64,000 nt of DNA from Nitrospirota bacterium (GTDB taxonomy: Bacteria > Nitrospirota > UBA9217): positions 128,001 to 192,000 of the forward strand of contig CAVTRN010000002.1 in assembly GCA_963737155.1 (NCBI GenBank), given 5' to 3'. Within the stretch, counting starts at the first letter, position 1, and every line of letters begins with the position of its first letter. The notes beneath the pieces are model-generated. The model ran no database searches. It was not told where the DNA came from and saw only the letters and a list, made by a program, of their open reading frames with translations. Shown one piece after another: positions 30,475 through 41,506 of this stretch. Made by a program: the position numbers and the translations under genes.

Positions 30475-32523
30475 ATGGGCATAAAATCAGAAGGCCATAT
30501 TTCGAAGAACGCTGGTACTGCCATAATTGCGCTGGGTGCGGGGATCGTATTGTCTGTTCTTACCTCTATCCTCGTGCAAAGACTGGAATTTAAAGATCTC
30601 CGAAGCGAATTTAATTATGATACCAAAAATTATTCCGTGGCGTTAGAGAAAAGCATTGATAAAAACCTTAATTCCCTTTATGCCATAAAAGGTCTCTATG
30701 CATCTACTCCTCGAGTAACCAGGGTAATGTTCCACACATTTGTGAACGACATATTGCCTCGCAGCAAAGCAATTCACGCCCTCCGGTGGCTGCCGCGTGT
30801 ACCAGGCGCAGAAAGGAAAAAATATGAGGCCGCCGCGATCAAGGACGGTTATTCACAATACCACTTTACCGAGACGAATTCACAAAAGCAGCTTGTAACG
30901 GCTGGAAAAAGGGATGAGTACTTTCCTGTCTACTATGCCGAATCAATTGCGAGAAACGACGCTACGCTCGGGTTCGACCTTTCGGCACACCCTGATGGCA
31001 GGGCATCGCTGGAAAAGGCGAGGGACACTGGCGACATGGTGATAACGCACAGGATTAGGCTGAGACTGGAGGCCGACCCTTCATTTGCTTTTTTGGCCGT
31101 GCAGCCCATATATCGCAATGCTTCGCCGAGCGGTACATTGGAAGAACGCAGAAAGAATCTCACGGGGTTTGTAGTGGGCGTCTTTCGCTTCGAGGATATG
31201 GTTAACGCCGCCCTGAAGGGGATAAGCCTCAAGGGTATCGATCTCTCTCTATTCGACGAGTCAGCCACCCCGGAACGAAAGATGCTCTACTCAAACATCA
31301 GTCAAGCAAATCCCGCAAGCGAGGTTCTCAGCTTTACAAAAACGCTGGACATTGCCGACGGGAAGTGGATGGTAAAATTCCAGGCAACCCCTGAGTATCT
31401 TTCAATGCACGAGACCCGCTATTCATGGGCGGTCCTTGCGGGCGGGCTCCTCTTCACCTGCCTTCTTGCTTTATACATAGTAAAAATGAAACGCCATGCC
31501 TTTGAGATGGAGCGGTCAAGAGATACCTTGACAACCGTGCTGAATAGTATCAACGCGGCCATTGCGATCGTAGACACAAAGGACATGACGATATCGGCGT
31601 ACAACAGGGCTTTCATCGGGGCAGCAGAGGTGCATGCAAAGGGAGTCCTGTCCTGGCACTGCAATGACATGGCGCAGAAGAGACTTTTGCCGTGCCATCA
31701 GCTTTGTGACGAATGCCCCGTCAAAGAGACAATGAGAACAGGGGAGGATTCGGCCCGGGAGAGCATCCATTACAGCGCCAGCGGCTCGACAAAATATATG
31801 GATATCAGGGTGTACTCCGTAAAGGACGACAGCGGGGACGTCCTGCACGTCGTCTACATTGCCCAGGACATCACCGAGCGCAAACAAGCGGAAAACTTCC
31901 GGCTTGAAGAGCAGCAAGTGCGACGCATGGCCGCGGAACGGCAGGTAGTCGAGACTCAACTGCGAATGCTCCAGGCACAGATAGAGCCGCACTTTTTGTT
32001 CAATACGCTTGCCAACATTATCAGTCTCATCGACAAAGAACCGAAGTCCGCAAAAAACATGTTGGAGCACCTGACCAGGTCGCTGCGACTTTCTCTTGAG
32101 CGGTCGAGGGAGGACCTCTCAACCCTTAGACAAGAGGGCGATATGCTCAGAGACTATTTAAGCATCTTCAAAATGCGCTTGGGACCTCGATTGGATTTTA
32201 CAATAGAAATTCCCCCTGGACTGCTAGACGTTCCTTTTCCACCCATGCTTTTGCAACCGCTTGTCGAAAACGCCATCAAACACGGAATCGAGCCGAAGGT
32301 CGAGGGTGGCCGCATAGCGATCACGGTGGAAAAGTCGGATGGCATGCTGCGACTCTCCGTTTTTGATAACGGTCTCGGCTTTTCAAAGCCGATAAACGCT
32401 CGAGGTCTGGGGCTCGAAAACGTGCAGGCCCGTCTGCGCGCGCTCTACAATACCAGCGCGAGCTTTGTGCTGGAAGAGAACATCCCCAGCGGCGCTACCG
32501 CGACTATCGAGGTGCCATTATGA
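30475..32523 (+). CDS. CHASE-PAS sensor histidine kinase, LytS/YehU type
   Basis: CHASE (EYFPVYY.E...N...LGFDL), PAS, LQAQIEPHFLFNTLANI, LQPLVENAIKHG, GLGLENV. Confidence 0.92.
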   Translation: MGIKSEGHISKNAGTAIIALGAGIVLSVLTSILVQRLEFKDLRSEFNYDTKNYSVALEKSIDKNLNSLYAIKGLYASTPRVTRVMFHTFVNDILPRSKAIHALRWLPRVPGAERKKYEAAAIKDGYSQYHFTETNSQKQLVTAGKRDEYFPVYYAESIARNDATLGFDLSAHPDGRASLEKARDTGDMVITHRIRLRLEADPSFAFLAVQPIYRNASPSGTLEERRKNLTGFVVGVFRFEDMVNAALKGISLKGIDLSLFDESATPERKMLYSNISQANPASEVLSFTKTLDIADGKWMVKFQATPEYLSMHETRYSWAVLAGGLLFTCLLALYIVKMKRHAFEMERSRDTLTTVLNSINAAIAIVDTKDMTISAYNRAFIGAAEVHAKGVLSWHCNDMAQKRLLPCHQLCDECPVKETMRTGEDSARESIHYSASGSTKYMDIRVYSVKDDSGDVLHVVYIAQDITERKQAENFRLEEQQVRRMAAERQVVETQLRMLQAQIEPHFLFNTLANIISLIDKEPKSAKNMLEHLTRSLRLSLERSREDLSTLRQEGDMLRDYLSIFKMRLGPRLDFTIEIPPGLLDVPFPPMLLQPLVENAIKHGIEPKVEGGRIAITVEKSDGMLRLSVFDNGLGFSKPINARGLGLENVQARLRALYNTSASFVLEENIPSGATATIEVPL

Positions 32524-33275
32524 ACATACGCGCGTTGGTTGCCGACGACGAACCGAAACTTGCGGAATATCTTGCGGGGCGACTGTCTGAACTGTGGCCA
32601 GAACTCGAGCTCTGCGGCATCGCAGTCAACGGCAATGATGCCCTCTCAAAAATAAATAATGAGAAGCCGGACATAGCGTTTCTGGACATCAAGATGCCCG
32701 GCCTATCAGGTCTGGAGGTCGCCAGAAAAATGACGTACTCAAGTCTTATCGTTTTTGTCACCGCCTATAACAAATATGCCACGGCTGCCTTTGAAGAAGA
32801 AGCTGTCGATTACCTGCTGAAGCCGGTCAGCGATGACCGTCTCATGCGTACCATAGCGAGGGTAAAGAACCGCTTTGCCAGCAAGAGTGGGGCGCAGAAT
32901 TTGGATTCGCTTCTGACGAAACTCACCCAGGCGATGGAAAAAAAGGACGCTTATATGCGCTACCTCCGCGCGTCTTCGGGCAAGGTCGTGCGTCTTATTT
33001 CCGTCGATGACGTCCTCTTCATTAATGCGCGGTCGAAATATACATTCGCGGTCACTAAAGATGGAGAGTTTCTGATGCGCATGTCACTCGCCGAACTGAT
33101 CAGACAACTTGATCCTGAAAGATTCTGGCAGATACATCGGTCCACGATTGTAAATGCCTCCAAGGTTGTTTCCATAAGGCAGACCGGACGTGAAACACAT
33201 GTATTGACCGTGAGAGATTACCAGGAACCTTTGATTGTAAGCAGGGCATTTGTTCATCAGTTCAAACATATGTGA
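32520..33275 (+). CDS. LytTR-family response regulator
   Basis: ADDEP, FLDIKMPG, FVTAY, DYLLKP, FWQIHRSTIVN, VSR; overlaps the kinase stop. Confidence 0.95.
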   Translation: MNIRALVADDEPKLAEYLAGRLSELWPELELCGIAVNGNDALSKINNEKPDIAFLDIKMPGLSGLEVARKMTYSSLIVFVTAYNKYATAAFEEEAVDYLLKPVSDDRLMRTIARVKNRFASKSGAQNLDSLLTKLTQAMEKKDAYMRYLRASSGKVVRLISVDDVLFINARSKYTFAVTKDGEFLMRMSLAELIRQLDPERFWQIHRSTIVNASKVVSIRQTGRETHVLTVRDYQEPLIVSRAFVHQFKHM

Positions 33276-34038
33276 CGCTGGCTGGTGCTGTAACAGCATC
33301 CTTCCTGTCTGATCACCCGTCGTCGTTCGTCTTCTCATATCTCATGTCAAGGGCCGAATTCAGCACTTCGTCGCAAGATAATTGCAACCACAACGATAGT
33401 TCACTACAATAGCCACAGGCTCATCCATAATCATTGTTCCATGCCTGCCGGTACTGGAAAACGGGAACTGCCTCTGTACAGGTGTCCCGAAGTTTTCAAT
33501 TTCAACGGCTTGTTAATACTTGTGAGCATTCTCCTCGGGATGTAAAGATTCTAGATCGGCTATAATCTATGCCTTTGGAGGATGAGATCAATAACGCGAT
33601 TGGAGCCCACGGGACGCGGAAAAGAAGGCTTAAAAGCGCGGTCGATACGCGGGAAAAAGATGTCCAAATATGATAAAAGTGGACAACCAATGTAATTTGG
33701 GAAAATGACTTTATGGGTCTGCAATCACGACGAATGATAACAATTCGATCAGTATCAAAGAGCGCGAGAGGTGCATGCCGGTCTTCGTGAACAGGCGGCA
33801 ATGGTCGGTCAACTTGTCATTCCAGGCAGGAAAGACGATATGGAGAGACGTAGTGATTGATACATATCTCGATCTTTTAAAAGCACCGTTTCTTAGATTG
33901 CGTATTCCGGGAACAGAAAACGCAAAGCAAAGGAGTGGAATAAGCAGTCAGTACAAAGCCCTAAACAGAAGTAATGAGTATGGATGATAGTAGAAATTAT
34001 GTACATCTGTCACAACAGACATTATGGGAGGTAAACAA

Positions 34039-34614
34039 ATGAAGATTAAAAACAGCAAAGGCTTTACCCTTATCGAACTTCTTATCGTGGTGGCCATCAT
34101 TGCCATTTTGGCTGCCATCGCCATTCCGCAGTTTTCCCAGTATCGCATGAAAGGTTATAACGCCGCCGCATTGGCCGACCTTCGCAATGCCCGTACCTCG
34201 GAAGAAGCTTTCTATTCTGACTGGCAGGCGTATGTATCGACTGCCGGTAATGGCGCCGTTGGCATTGTGATCACCAACGCAACTGTTAGCACCATGGTTG
34301 CTAAAAATGCAATTAATGGTACAACGATTCCATCCTCTGCTACGTTCATAAATTTTGGCCTTTCCTCGAATGATTCTTTATTAATTAATGCAAATGGCTC
34401 GGGTGTTACTTATACCGGAGTTTCAGACAACACTTCGGGAAATCGCTGTTACGGTATGGATTCCACAACGACGTCTCTGTACTGGTCCCAAAATGCTACC
34501 GGCGCTGCTCTAGGCGGAGAAGTAAAGGTTGGCGACATAAGTGGAACCGCAACTACCAGTAACTTGGTTAATGCTCCTGGCGGAATTTGCACGACTGCCT
34601 GGGCAACATTGTAA
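34039..34614 (+). CDS. pilA: Type IVa major pilin (long form)
   Basis: MKIKNSKG/FTLIELLIVVAIIAILAAIAIPQFSQYRMKGYNAAALADLRNA; two C-terminal Cys; RBS ggaggt. Confidence 0.92.
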   Translation: MKIKNSKGFTLIELLIVVAIIAILAAIAIPQFSQYRMKGYNAAALADLRNARTSEEAFYSDWQAYVSTAGNGAVGIVITNATVSTMVAKNAINGTTIPSSATFINFGLSSNDSLLINANGSGVTYTGVSDNTSGNRCYGMDSTTTSLYWSQNATGAALGGEVKVGDISGTATTSNLVNAPGGICTTAWATL

Positions 34615-34646
34615 TCAGTTTAATAGCAATAGTATCAACATAAAAT

Positions 34647-34683
34647 ACATACAGGCCGGGGGATACCCCGGCCTGTATGTTTA
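34647..34683 (+). terminator. Terminator after the pilin gene
   Basis: acatacaggccgggg-gata-ccccggcctgtatgt followed by tt. Confidence 0.8.
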
Positions 34684-34944
34684 TGGAAACACCATTACGG
34701 TAGTCACCAGACATGGGGAAAATGCGGTGAGAGCGGGCCTTAAATGAGCCAAATGCCCTTATCAGATATTCCAGATGGCGCAGGCCGCGCAAAATGGACA
34801 TGGCAAGGATCGTCAAAGGAGATTTCTACGGCACCTGACCATAATGGGCCCGGTCCTTCCACGTGAAAGATAAGAAGAACTGCACCCGCCGTCGCCGATA
34901 ACCGTTATGCAAAAGAAACGGCAAGACTGTTATTCAGTTCAACA

Positions 34945-35820
34945 ATGAAAATTATACGAATAAAGACAATCCTCGAATTTCCTGACCTCCCCAAACCATT
35001 TCTTACTTTTATTGGATTTCTCCTCGTATTGGCAATTGGCGTTCTTGAATCCATTACAAGCCATAATATTTTCTTTTCACTTGTCTATCTTTTCCCCATC
35101 ATCCTGATAGCCTGGTATGACGGAGGAGTGCTTGTTGCAATAATATCAATTTTTAGCGTGATCAACTCGTCCGTATCTGATCTGGTATTTGGACACGTTA
35201 CTTCCCATTCAGCCACTCCCCTTTGGAACGCCATAACGATGCTAGGCATCTTTTTAATTGTTGGATATGCAATTACAATGCTCAAGAAATTATTAATAAA
35301 AGAACGCGGACAAGCCCACGACGATGATTTGGCGAGCATAGCGAACATCAGTTTCTTTTATGAGCAGGCACGTGTTGAAATCAGCAGATTGGCTAAATAC
35401 AAACGGACTTTAACTCTGGTTTATCTCAGTGTTGATAATTTAAGCGGTGTAAATGAAATCTACGGCATTATGGCTGGCAATTATATCCTCCATAAGTTGG
35501 CACAAACAATAAAGTCAACGTTACAGTCAACGGCTCTTATTGCAAGACTTGGAGAAGCCGAAATCGCTATTCTTATGCCGGAAACAGAGAATGAGAATGA
35601 CACCGCTATTATTCACAAAGTTCAGGAGCGTCTTTTGGAAATGGTAAAAAAGCATGGCTGGCCGGTAACGTTCAGTACCGGTGTTGTTACCTGCGCCGCC
35701 CCGACATACACGATAGATGCATTGATGGACATGGCCAAATATCTTATGGAGTCTGCCAAAAAAACCGGTAAAAATATCGTGAAATTTAAAGTATTGGACT
35801 TGTCATCAAACCACTCCTAA
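34945..35820 (+). CDS. Membrane protein with a degenerate GGDEF domain
   Basis: Four TM helices. D.L..I.N, VDNLSGVNEIYG..AGN and ARLGEAEIAIL replace the canonical D.FK.VND..GH..GD and RxGGDEF. Confidence 0.85.
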   Translation: MKIIRIKTILEFPDLPKPFLTFIGFLLVLAIGVLESITSHNIFFSLVYLFPIILIAWYDGGVLVAIISIFSVINSSVSDLVFGHVTSHSATPLWNAITMLGIFLIVGYAITMLKKLLIKERGQAHDDDLASIANISFFYEQARVEISRLAKYKRTLTLVYLSVDNLSGVNEIYGIMAGNYILHKLAQTIKSTLQSTALIARLGEAEIAILMPETENENDTAIIHKVQERLLEMVKKHGWPVTFSTGVVTCAAPTYTIDALMDMAKYLMESAKKTGKNIVKFKVLDLSSNHS

Positions 35821-36118
35821 CAGACCCGGTTGTCTGATGGATGTCCGCCCACGAGTATTGTACCGCGGAGCGGCTTACTTGAACCCGACTATTTTGGTTG
35901 TTATCAACAATCAGAACTACTCACTTGTCGGTGGCGATGCGATAGACATGATTTTAGATGACGTGTTGAATTGCGGTTGACGCATGTGGCGCAGTCTCCT
36001 ATATGCTCTTTGCGGTATCTGGTCTTTCGAAACATCCGTATCTCAAATCGAAAGCGGCACTAATTCTATAGACAAGAGTTCCCATCACGAGTATTCTGGG
36101 GGCTGAGAGGAGTGAGCG

Positions 36119-36904
36119 ATGGCTGAAGCCCTCAAGAAAAAGATGGCGTTGAAATCAGGTGACCGGGAGAAGCGTTTCCTTGTCGTCGTCGATGGAGACT
36201 ACGCATATCTGTATTATATGAGCATCCTGCTGCAACGGCTCGAATACAATATCTACACAGTAAAAACCGCCGAAGACGCACTGGATGTTATGGGCATTGT
36301 CCAGCCTGCGCTTATCTTGACGGAAATATCCCTTGGCGGGATGGACGGTGTCCAACTTCTGAAAAAGATGAAACGCCATCCGCAGGCTTTTCCCGTGCCG
36401 GTCATTGTGCTTACCTCGTCAAACGACCAGGCCGTCAAAGCCACCTGTCTGCAGGAGGGGTGTGCCGCCTACCTGCAAAAGCCGGTGGAACCCGACGTGC
36501 TGTACGCGGCAATACAGAAAGCGACGGAATCGCAACCTCGGCAGTATATCCGGCTGCATACTTCGTTGAACGTCATCGTGGGAGACGACAAAGCCGGGCA
36601 ATATGCCGGGAGAGGAGATTACATCACTGCCCTGTCGGAACACGGGATGTTTATTAGTACGTTAAAACCCGCGCCAAGCGGGATCCAGATACCCGCTGTG
36701 ATATTACTTGAAGACTCGAAAATCAGAGTCGAGGGAGTGGTGCTCTATAGTTTCCAGCGTGATAAAAGCCCGATGAAAACCCCTGGCATGGGTATAGAAT
36801 TCGTCAGCATCAGCCGCAAAGACCAGAACGCGATCAAAAACTATATCAAACGCGAGATTACGAAAGGAATCCCCACGACGCGTGTGGGTGGCACGCTCTT
36901 TTAA
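36119..36904 (+). CDS. Atypical receiver domain + PilZ domain protein
   Basis: Receiver with E in place of the phospho-Asp (LILTEISL); RQYIR...ALSEHGMFI...GMGIEF PilZ signature. Confidence 0.85.
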   Translation: MAEALKKKMALKSGDREKRFLVVVDGDYAYLYYMSILLQRLEYNIYTVKTAEDALDVMGIVQPALILTEISLGGMDGVQLLKKMKRHPQAFPVPVIVLTSSNDQAVKATCLQEGCAAYLQKPVEPDVLYAAIQKATESQPRQYIRLHTSLNVIVGDDKAGQYAGRGDYITALSEHGMFISTLKPAPSGIQIPAVILLEDSKIRVEGVVLYSFQRDKSPMKTPGMGIEFVSISRKDQNAIKNYIKREITKGIPTTRVGGTLF

Positions 36905-37516
36905 GCGCATAGGGGATGACGTCATCACGCGATTCCAAAGGTTCGTATGCCTCATGTAAATATCAGAACATGCAGCCAAACTTCATCTAATTTAATTCAA
37001 AGAGCTGCCTGGTATATGCCAGTTAATGAAAAATGGTCTTGAACCTTTCTGGCGTGCTCTGAGAGAAATTGGGGCTATCACCCATTTTTATAACACCGAT
37101 CCATCGGCGCTTTCTTACCGCCGGCGTAGTTCAGAAAGCGCATAATGTACTTTTTGATATCCTTGGTATCAAAGGGGAATGTAGTAAAGCACTGGATCAA
37201 ACGGAAAACAAATGCAATTTCCAACCCTCCTCGGATTCGGGTAAACTAACTCACGCGGTTCATCATGAGGCTGGGCTGGCGCTACGCAATAACGGATCAT
37301 CGGCTGACGCATGCATGAGCACGACAGCTTCCTTTGCATTTCGATTCGGCTTTTTCCTTGTAGCTGCCATTCTTTACAACATCCACTGTTGCATCTCGAA
37401 AACACAGTAAGGGCATTTTTACTAATTGGGTCGAAAGACGAGGGAACTCTAGTCAAACCAGAGTCGGGAAAATTCTTACCGCTGTTATCGGATCTGGCCT
37501 GGAGAGGGAGGGCCGC

Positions 37517-38212
37517 ATGACTGCACTGTTCGGTGTCCCACTCTTTTACGTCTATTTCATTTATGGCGTAAGTTTTCTTGTAATGGCAGGTCTTATTATC
37601 AGGGGAATTAGGACGGCGACCTCGTTCACGCTGGTATCGTCATTCAAGATGCTGGCCGCTTTCGGTTTCACGCACGGAATAACCGAGATGGTCGACTGGG
37701 TGAGGTTCATCAGAAGAACGCTCGGTCAATCGGAAAGCATCGGGCTGCTCTATGCGTCACAGATTTTTCTGGTCCTTTCTTTTGTACTGCTGCTACAGTT
37801 TGGATTCAATGTACTGACCTACAAAAACTCCCAAAAGAAAGGCTTCAGGGCAATTCCGACTATCCTGTTTGGTGTTTTTCTTGCCGTCGTGTATTTATTC
37901 AAAATTTCCGATATCAGTCAGGCCGGTCTGATTGCTCGACGCAGCTTTGGCTTCGCGGGATCAATACTCAGCGCTATTGTCCTTTTCCGATTGAGCAACA
38001 CCATGAAGCCGCTGGGCAATAAGAAATTGAATGGAGGTCTCATTGTGTCGGCGATGGGGTTGGCCGCTTATGCTATTTGCGGGGGGGTGATCGTAACCCC
38101 GGTCTTTGGCCTTCCAATCCAGTTGTTCAGGACGGCCTGCGCATTCGTGATTGCAGTCGCCTCTGCATCCATATTGGACATATTCAAGGTAAATCGGAGT
38201 ATCGAATTGTGA
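37517..38212 (+). CDS. Multi-TM membrane protein resembling a stand-alone sensor-kinase input domain
   Basis: About 7 hydrophobic segments; YFIYGVSF, LAAFGFTHG..E..DW, PIQLFR; RBS ggaggg. Confidence 0.75.
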   Translation: MTALFGVPLFYVYFIYGVSFLVMAGLIIRGIRTATSFTLVSSFKMLAAFGFTHGITEMVDWVRFIRRTLGQSESIGLLYASQIFLVLSFVLLLQFGFNVLTYKNSQKKGFRAIPTILFGVFLAVVYLFKISDISQAGLIARRSFGFAGSILSAIVLFRLSNTMKPLGNKKLNGGLIVSAMGLAAYAICGGVIVTPVFGLPIQLFRTACAFVIAVASASILDIFKVNRSIEL

Positions 38213-38778
38213 ACCTTACCGTAACCGTTATCAAAGCGGACAGCGGGTCAGTGGGCGGACACATTATGACCTTGATCGTAGCACCCCACGTTTGCGCGAA
38301 AGTGCGCGCTTTCCCCCCATTCCTGGTAAATGCCAATCGATGTGGGACCGTGGCATCCTATGCAGGCTTTACTTTCGCTTGATAATTCTTTCGGGAGACT
38401 GCTCGTTGTCAATCCATGCGCCTAAATGCAATTAGGAACGATAAAAAAACACCGTTGCGAAGACTGCTGCAGATCTTTTGTCTAACATTTACCCTCCTCC
38501 GGCCTTTATGAAATTTGACGAAGCAGACATCAAATATAACACAGAACTATACCAGATTATTTTGCGTGCTGTTAAAGTATGTAAATTTTTTATAAATTTC
38601 AGATATGCACATTTCTTCGATATTGTAAAACTTCGAAAAATATTGCGTAATAATCCGGAGAGGCGGCTTGAAATCAACCTTCTTCAAAGACCTTTTGGAC
38701 TATATAAAAGTGATTTTAAGGCATCTAGGAGTTTCATGAAAGGTCTATAAGGAAGAGTTTAGGTTGGGTTTATAAAAA

Positions 38779-38803
38779 GCGCCACGGGCATTAGCCCGTG
38801 GGT
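38779..38803. repeat. Solo IS200/IS605-type end hairpin
   Basis: ccacgggc-atta-gcccgtgg. Confidence 0.5.
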
Positions 38804-38903
38804 TTCCAGGCAAAAACCTTTCACGCATGCCCTTCCCGCAAACGACCGGCTCGGGAATGATACGCTTGAAGCATACATGTAGTAGTAATTACAAAACGCT
38901 GCA

Positions 38904-39236
38904 CTACGATTTTTTGGAATACGAAGTACACCAGCCCTGTGGGCCGATTGAACCCTCCACCACCTGACATGTTCCGTCTGCCGTGGACGTCTTGCCGGCG
39001 ATAAAGAAGCTGCAATTGCTGCACATCTGCTCGCCTTTGGGCTTGTCTTGGTACTTCATGGCAGCTTTGGTTGCCTTCACTTGTGCCTCGGCAGTCAATG
39101 GCGACGTAAGTGCGACACCCGCTAACGCGACACCCGTTATTCCTATAGCGCCCTTAAGCAGGGTACGGCGAGAAATTTCTTTATCCAGAAATCCTTTCAC
39201 TTTTGCACCCTCCTTTCTTGATCTATACATAGTCAT
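38904..39236 (-). CDS. High-potential iron-sulfur protein (HiPIP), Tat-exported
   Basis: SRRTLLKG Tat motif; YQDKPKGEQMCSNCSFF...CQVVEG.I.PQGWC..Y. Alternative GTG start at 39200 has its own RBS. Confidence 0.9.
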   Translation of the reverse strand: MTMYRSRKEGAKVKGFLDKEISRRTLLKGAIGITGVALAGVALTSPLTAEAQVKATKAAMKYQDKPKGEQMCSNCSFFIAGKTSTADGTCQVVEGSIGPQGWCTSYSKKS

Positions 39237-39502
39237 TTACCTCCTTCTGCTCCTTACTTCTTCCTAGCCTGAATGCTTAGGTTGTTCGAGCCTTCCAGGC
39301 TCGATGGTTGCGCTCTCAATAACGCCGCCTTCAATATTGACCTTGTCTCCGACCTTTGTGTTCTTTATGTCTTCATGCTGGTTGAACCTCCCTTTTAAAT
39401 AGTCATATAAAACAGGTGCCCTCTCTCGCTGTGAGAGAGATCGCAGGGGCACGCGCTAGCTTAATACACGATACCGCAAGTTTCAGAATGTCGGAAGGAT
39501 CG

Positions 39503-40122
39503 TCAGTACCTGAAGCCGAGGTTAATTGTTGCGGTAAATCCGTTCAGCTCGACAGGCTCACCTCCAAATTCCGGCTTAGCCCATATGTATCTCCCCTCTG
39601 CTCCCAAGAAAAATGTATCCGTGAGGTTAAAGTTCAACCCAGCCCCTAAATTATCCCCGTACGTAACTTTTGATGTACCGCGGAAGTTTCCGAGATTGCC
39701 GCTTACGTCCATATCCGTGAAGTAAGCACCGATTCCAGCTTCGCCGTAGGATTCAGGCCGAGCAGGAGATAAAGCTTGGCGCTTGCGAGCACCGGGACGG
39801 CCCTGAGCGTAGTATACTTCCTGGCTCTACAGCTGGTGAACTCTTGCTCTCAAAAATTACCCGATTCCCAGTTCAATGCCGAATATGGGTACGAAGTAAT
39901 GTCCGAACACGATCTCTCCGTTGAAACCTGTTGTGGTGTCCAAAGTGCTGCCGCCATTGAAATTGTTAAGGTCGTAAGACTCGCTGGGTGAATAAACTCC
40001 TCCCTTGATTACAGTGTAGTTAGAAAGTGTTGCCGATGCTTGCTCGGCGGGGGAGCGTGTGTGAATGCAATACCGACTAGAAGTGCGGCTAGAACCATGG
40101 AAAGAGCAAACTTACGTTTCAT
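39503..40122 (-). pseudogene. Frameshifted outer-membrane beta-barrel protein
   Basis: Signal peptide MKRKFALSMVLAALL; NYTVIKGGVYSP and GFNGEIVFGHYF in other frames; C-terminus GAEGRYIWAKP...GFTATINLGFRY. Confidence 0.75.
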
Positions 40123-40424
40123 GATTATTTCTCCTTCACATATTTTACCCAGCGCTTTTCTTAAAAAATATCTAGAAGTATCCCTTGTCTCAGAAAGCCA
40201 TAATTGGCCACGAAAATGGCAGGGTTCTTTTCCAAAACCTTGATGGTGGGAAGAACAAATAATCACATATATTAACGAATATATCAGTACTCATACCTTT
40301 GTCAATAAGACCATAGTACTGAAAATACATTTCTTCAAAAAAGCCAGAACGTGTGATTAGAAGGACACCAGAGTAGTGTTATATAATAGGTGGAGGTATC
40401 AATAATGAAAGAGTTTGTTGTCTA

Positions 40425-40880
40425 CTATTTGCATTCGACCTCAGTCTGCGATTCCATTATGCACTTGAGGTTCCTGAGGTCGTCTTTCATTTGCATGTCG
40501 GTTATGCGCTCAAGAATTTCGTTCTCCAGGAACGAGTCATGCCCAACCGGTGGATTATAGCGGAGTTCTACAGTAGCTTCGGTGGCATCGCTTCCCTCCT
40601 TTTTTTCAAGGCTCAGGGATCCGCTGTTGTTAAAGCGTGAATCCGGCATCGAACGCCACCGTATTATCTCGTTTTCCTTATCCTCGATAATTTCCGAATC
40701 CCAGCTTAGATGTCCCACAGGTGTCTTGATGGTCCAGCGGTTATGCCCTTCCCCCAAGTCTTCTACGGAGTCAAGGTGGGTGATGAAACGTGGAAGATTC
40801 TCCAATTTCCGCCAAAACTTGTAGATGTCGTCGGCCTTACGGTTTATGGTGATGTTTTCCTTGACGTGTATTTCCGGCAT
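40425..40880 (-). CDS. SRPBCC (cyclase/dehydrase) family protein
   Basis: ITINRKADDIYKFWRKLENLPRF..HL.SV...WDSEI.ED..NE.I.WRS...DLRNLK.IME. Confidence 0.9.
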   Translation of the reverse strand: MPEIHVKENITINRKADDIYKFWRKLENLPRFITHLDSVEDLGEGHNRWTIKTPVGHLSWDSEIIEDKENEIIRWRSMPDSRFNNSGSLSLEKKEGSDATEATVELRYNPPVGHDSFLENEILERITDMQMKDDLRNLKCIMESQTEVECK

Positions 40881-40924
40881 AAAGTTCGAGTTCAGACATT
40901 TTCCAACCGATTCGCGTCTACACT

Positions 40925-41170
40925 CTAGTGCGCAGGACCCGTCACTGTGTATACTGCAAAGGGTGTTTGATTTGCCACGGGTCCACTAGAGGACATTGGT
41001 CCACTATAGGGCACAACGGGCAATGGCGAGAGTGTGCCCACAATTTGTACTTGCGTAACGGGAGGTTGGGCATGAGCCCTTGTAATGAAGGGAATATCTC
41101 TCATACAAATCCACACAAGGCATCCAGCAATAATCGTCAAAATCAGTTTTGTGTACATATCGGCTTTCAT
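40925..41170 (-). CDS. Small exported hypothetical protein
   Basis: MKADMYTKLILTIIAGCLVW...AHAQ; RBS aggggg. Confidence 0.7.
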   Translation of the reverse strand: MKADMYTKLILTIIAGCLVWICMRDIPFITRAHAQPPVTQVQIVGTLSPLPVVPYSGPMSSSGPVANQTPFAVYTVTGPAH

Positions 41171-41506
41171 AGAACCCCCTTTTTAACGTGCACGTAATGT
41201 CAAACTGTTAAGCAGAGAAAACAGAGGACATCTTTAATTCAGTGAGCGAATCAGTCACTGCCATTTTCCCCCTGTATGTCTTCCTTATTACCAGCGCTTC
41301 CGATCGTTCTCTTAATGAGTCAACTGCGAAAGTACAGACTATCTTATTGAGAAATCAGGCGCGGAATTTAACGGGCATTACTCCGCGCCCGCCTTGCTTT
41401 CATAATTGCCTCTCCGGCTTTCATGAAATTTTTGACAGTCTTCCTTGAAATCCCGCATACCGTGTGAGTGGCGGCATGCGTGGGAGATACTATACTAAAA
41501 AGCATT

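Noticed and set aside
33795-33820. Sigma-54 promoter for the pilin gene
   Set aside because: GG/GC spacing is off by one and the -12 element is poor.
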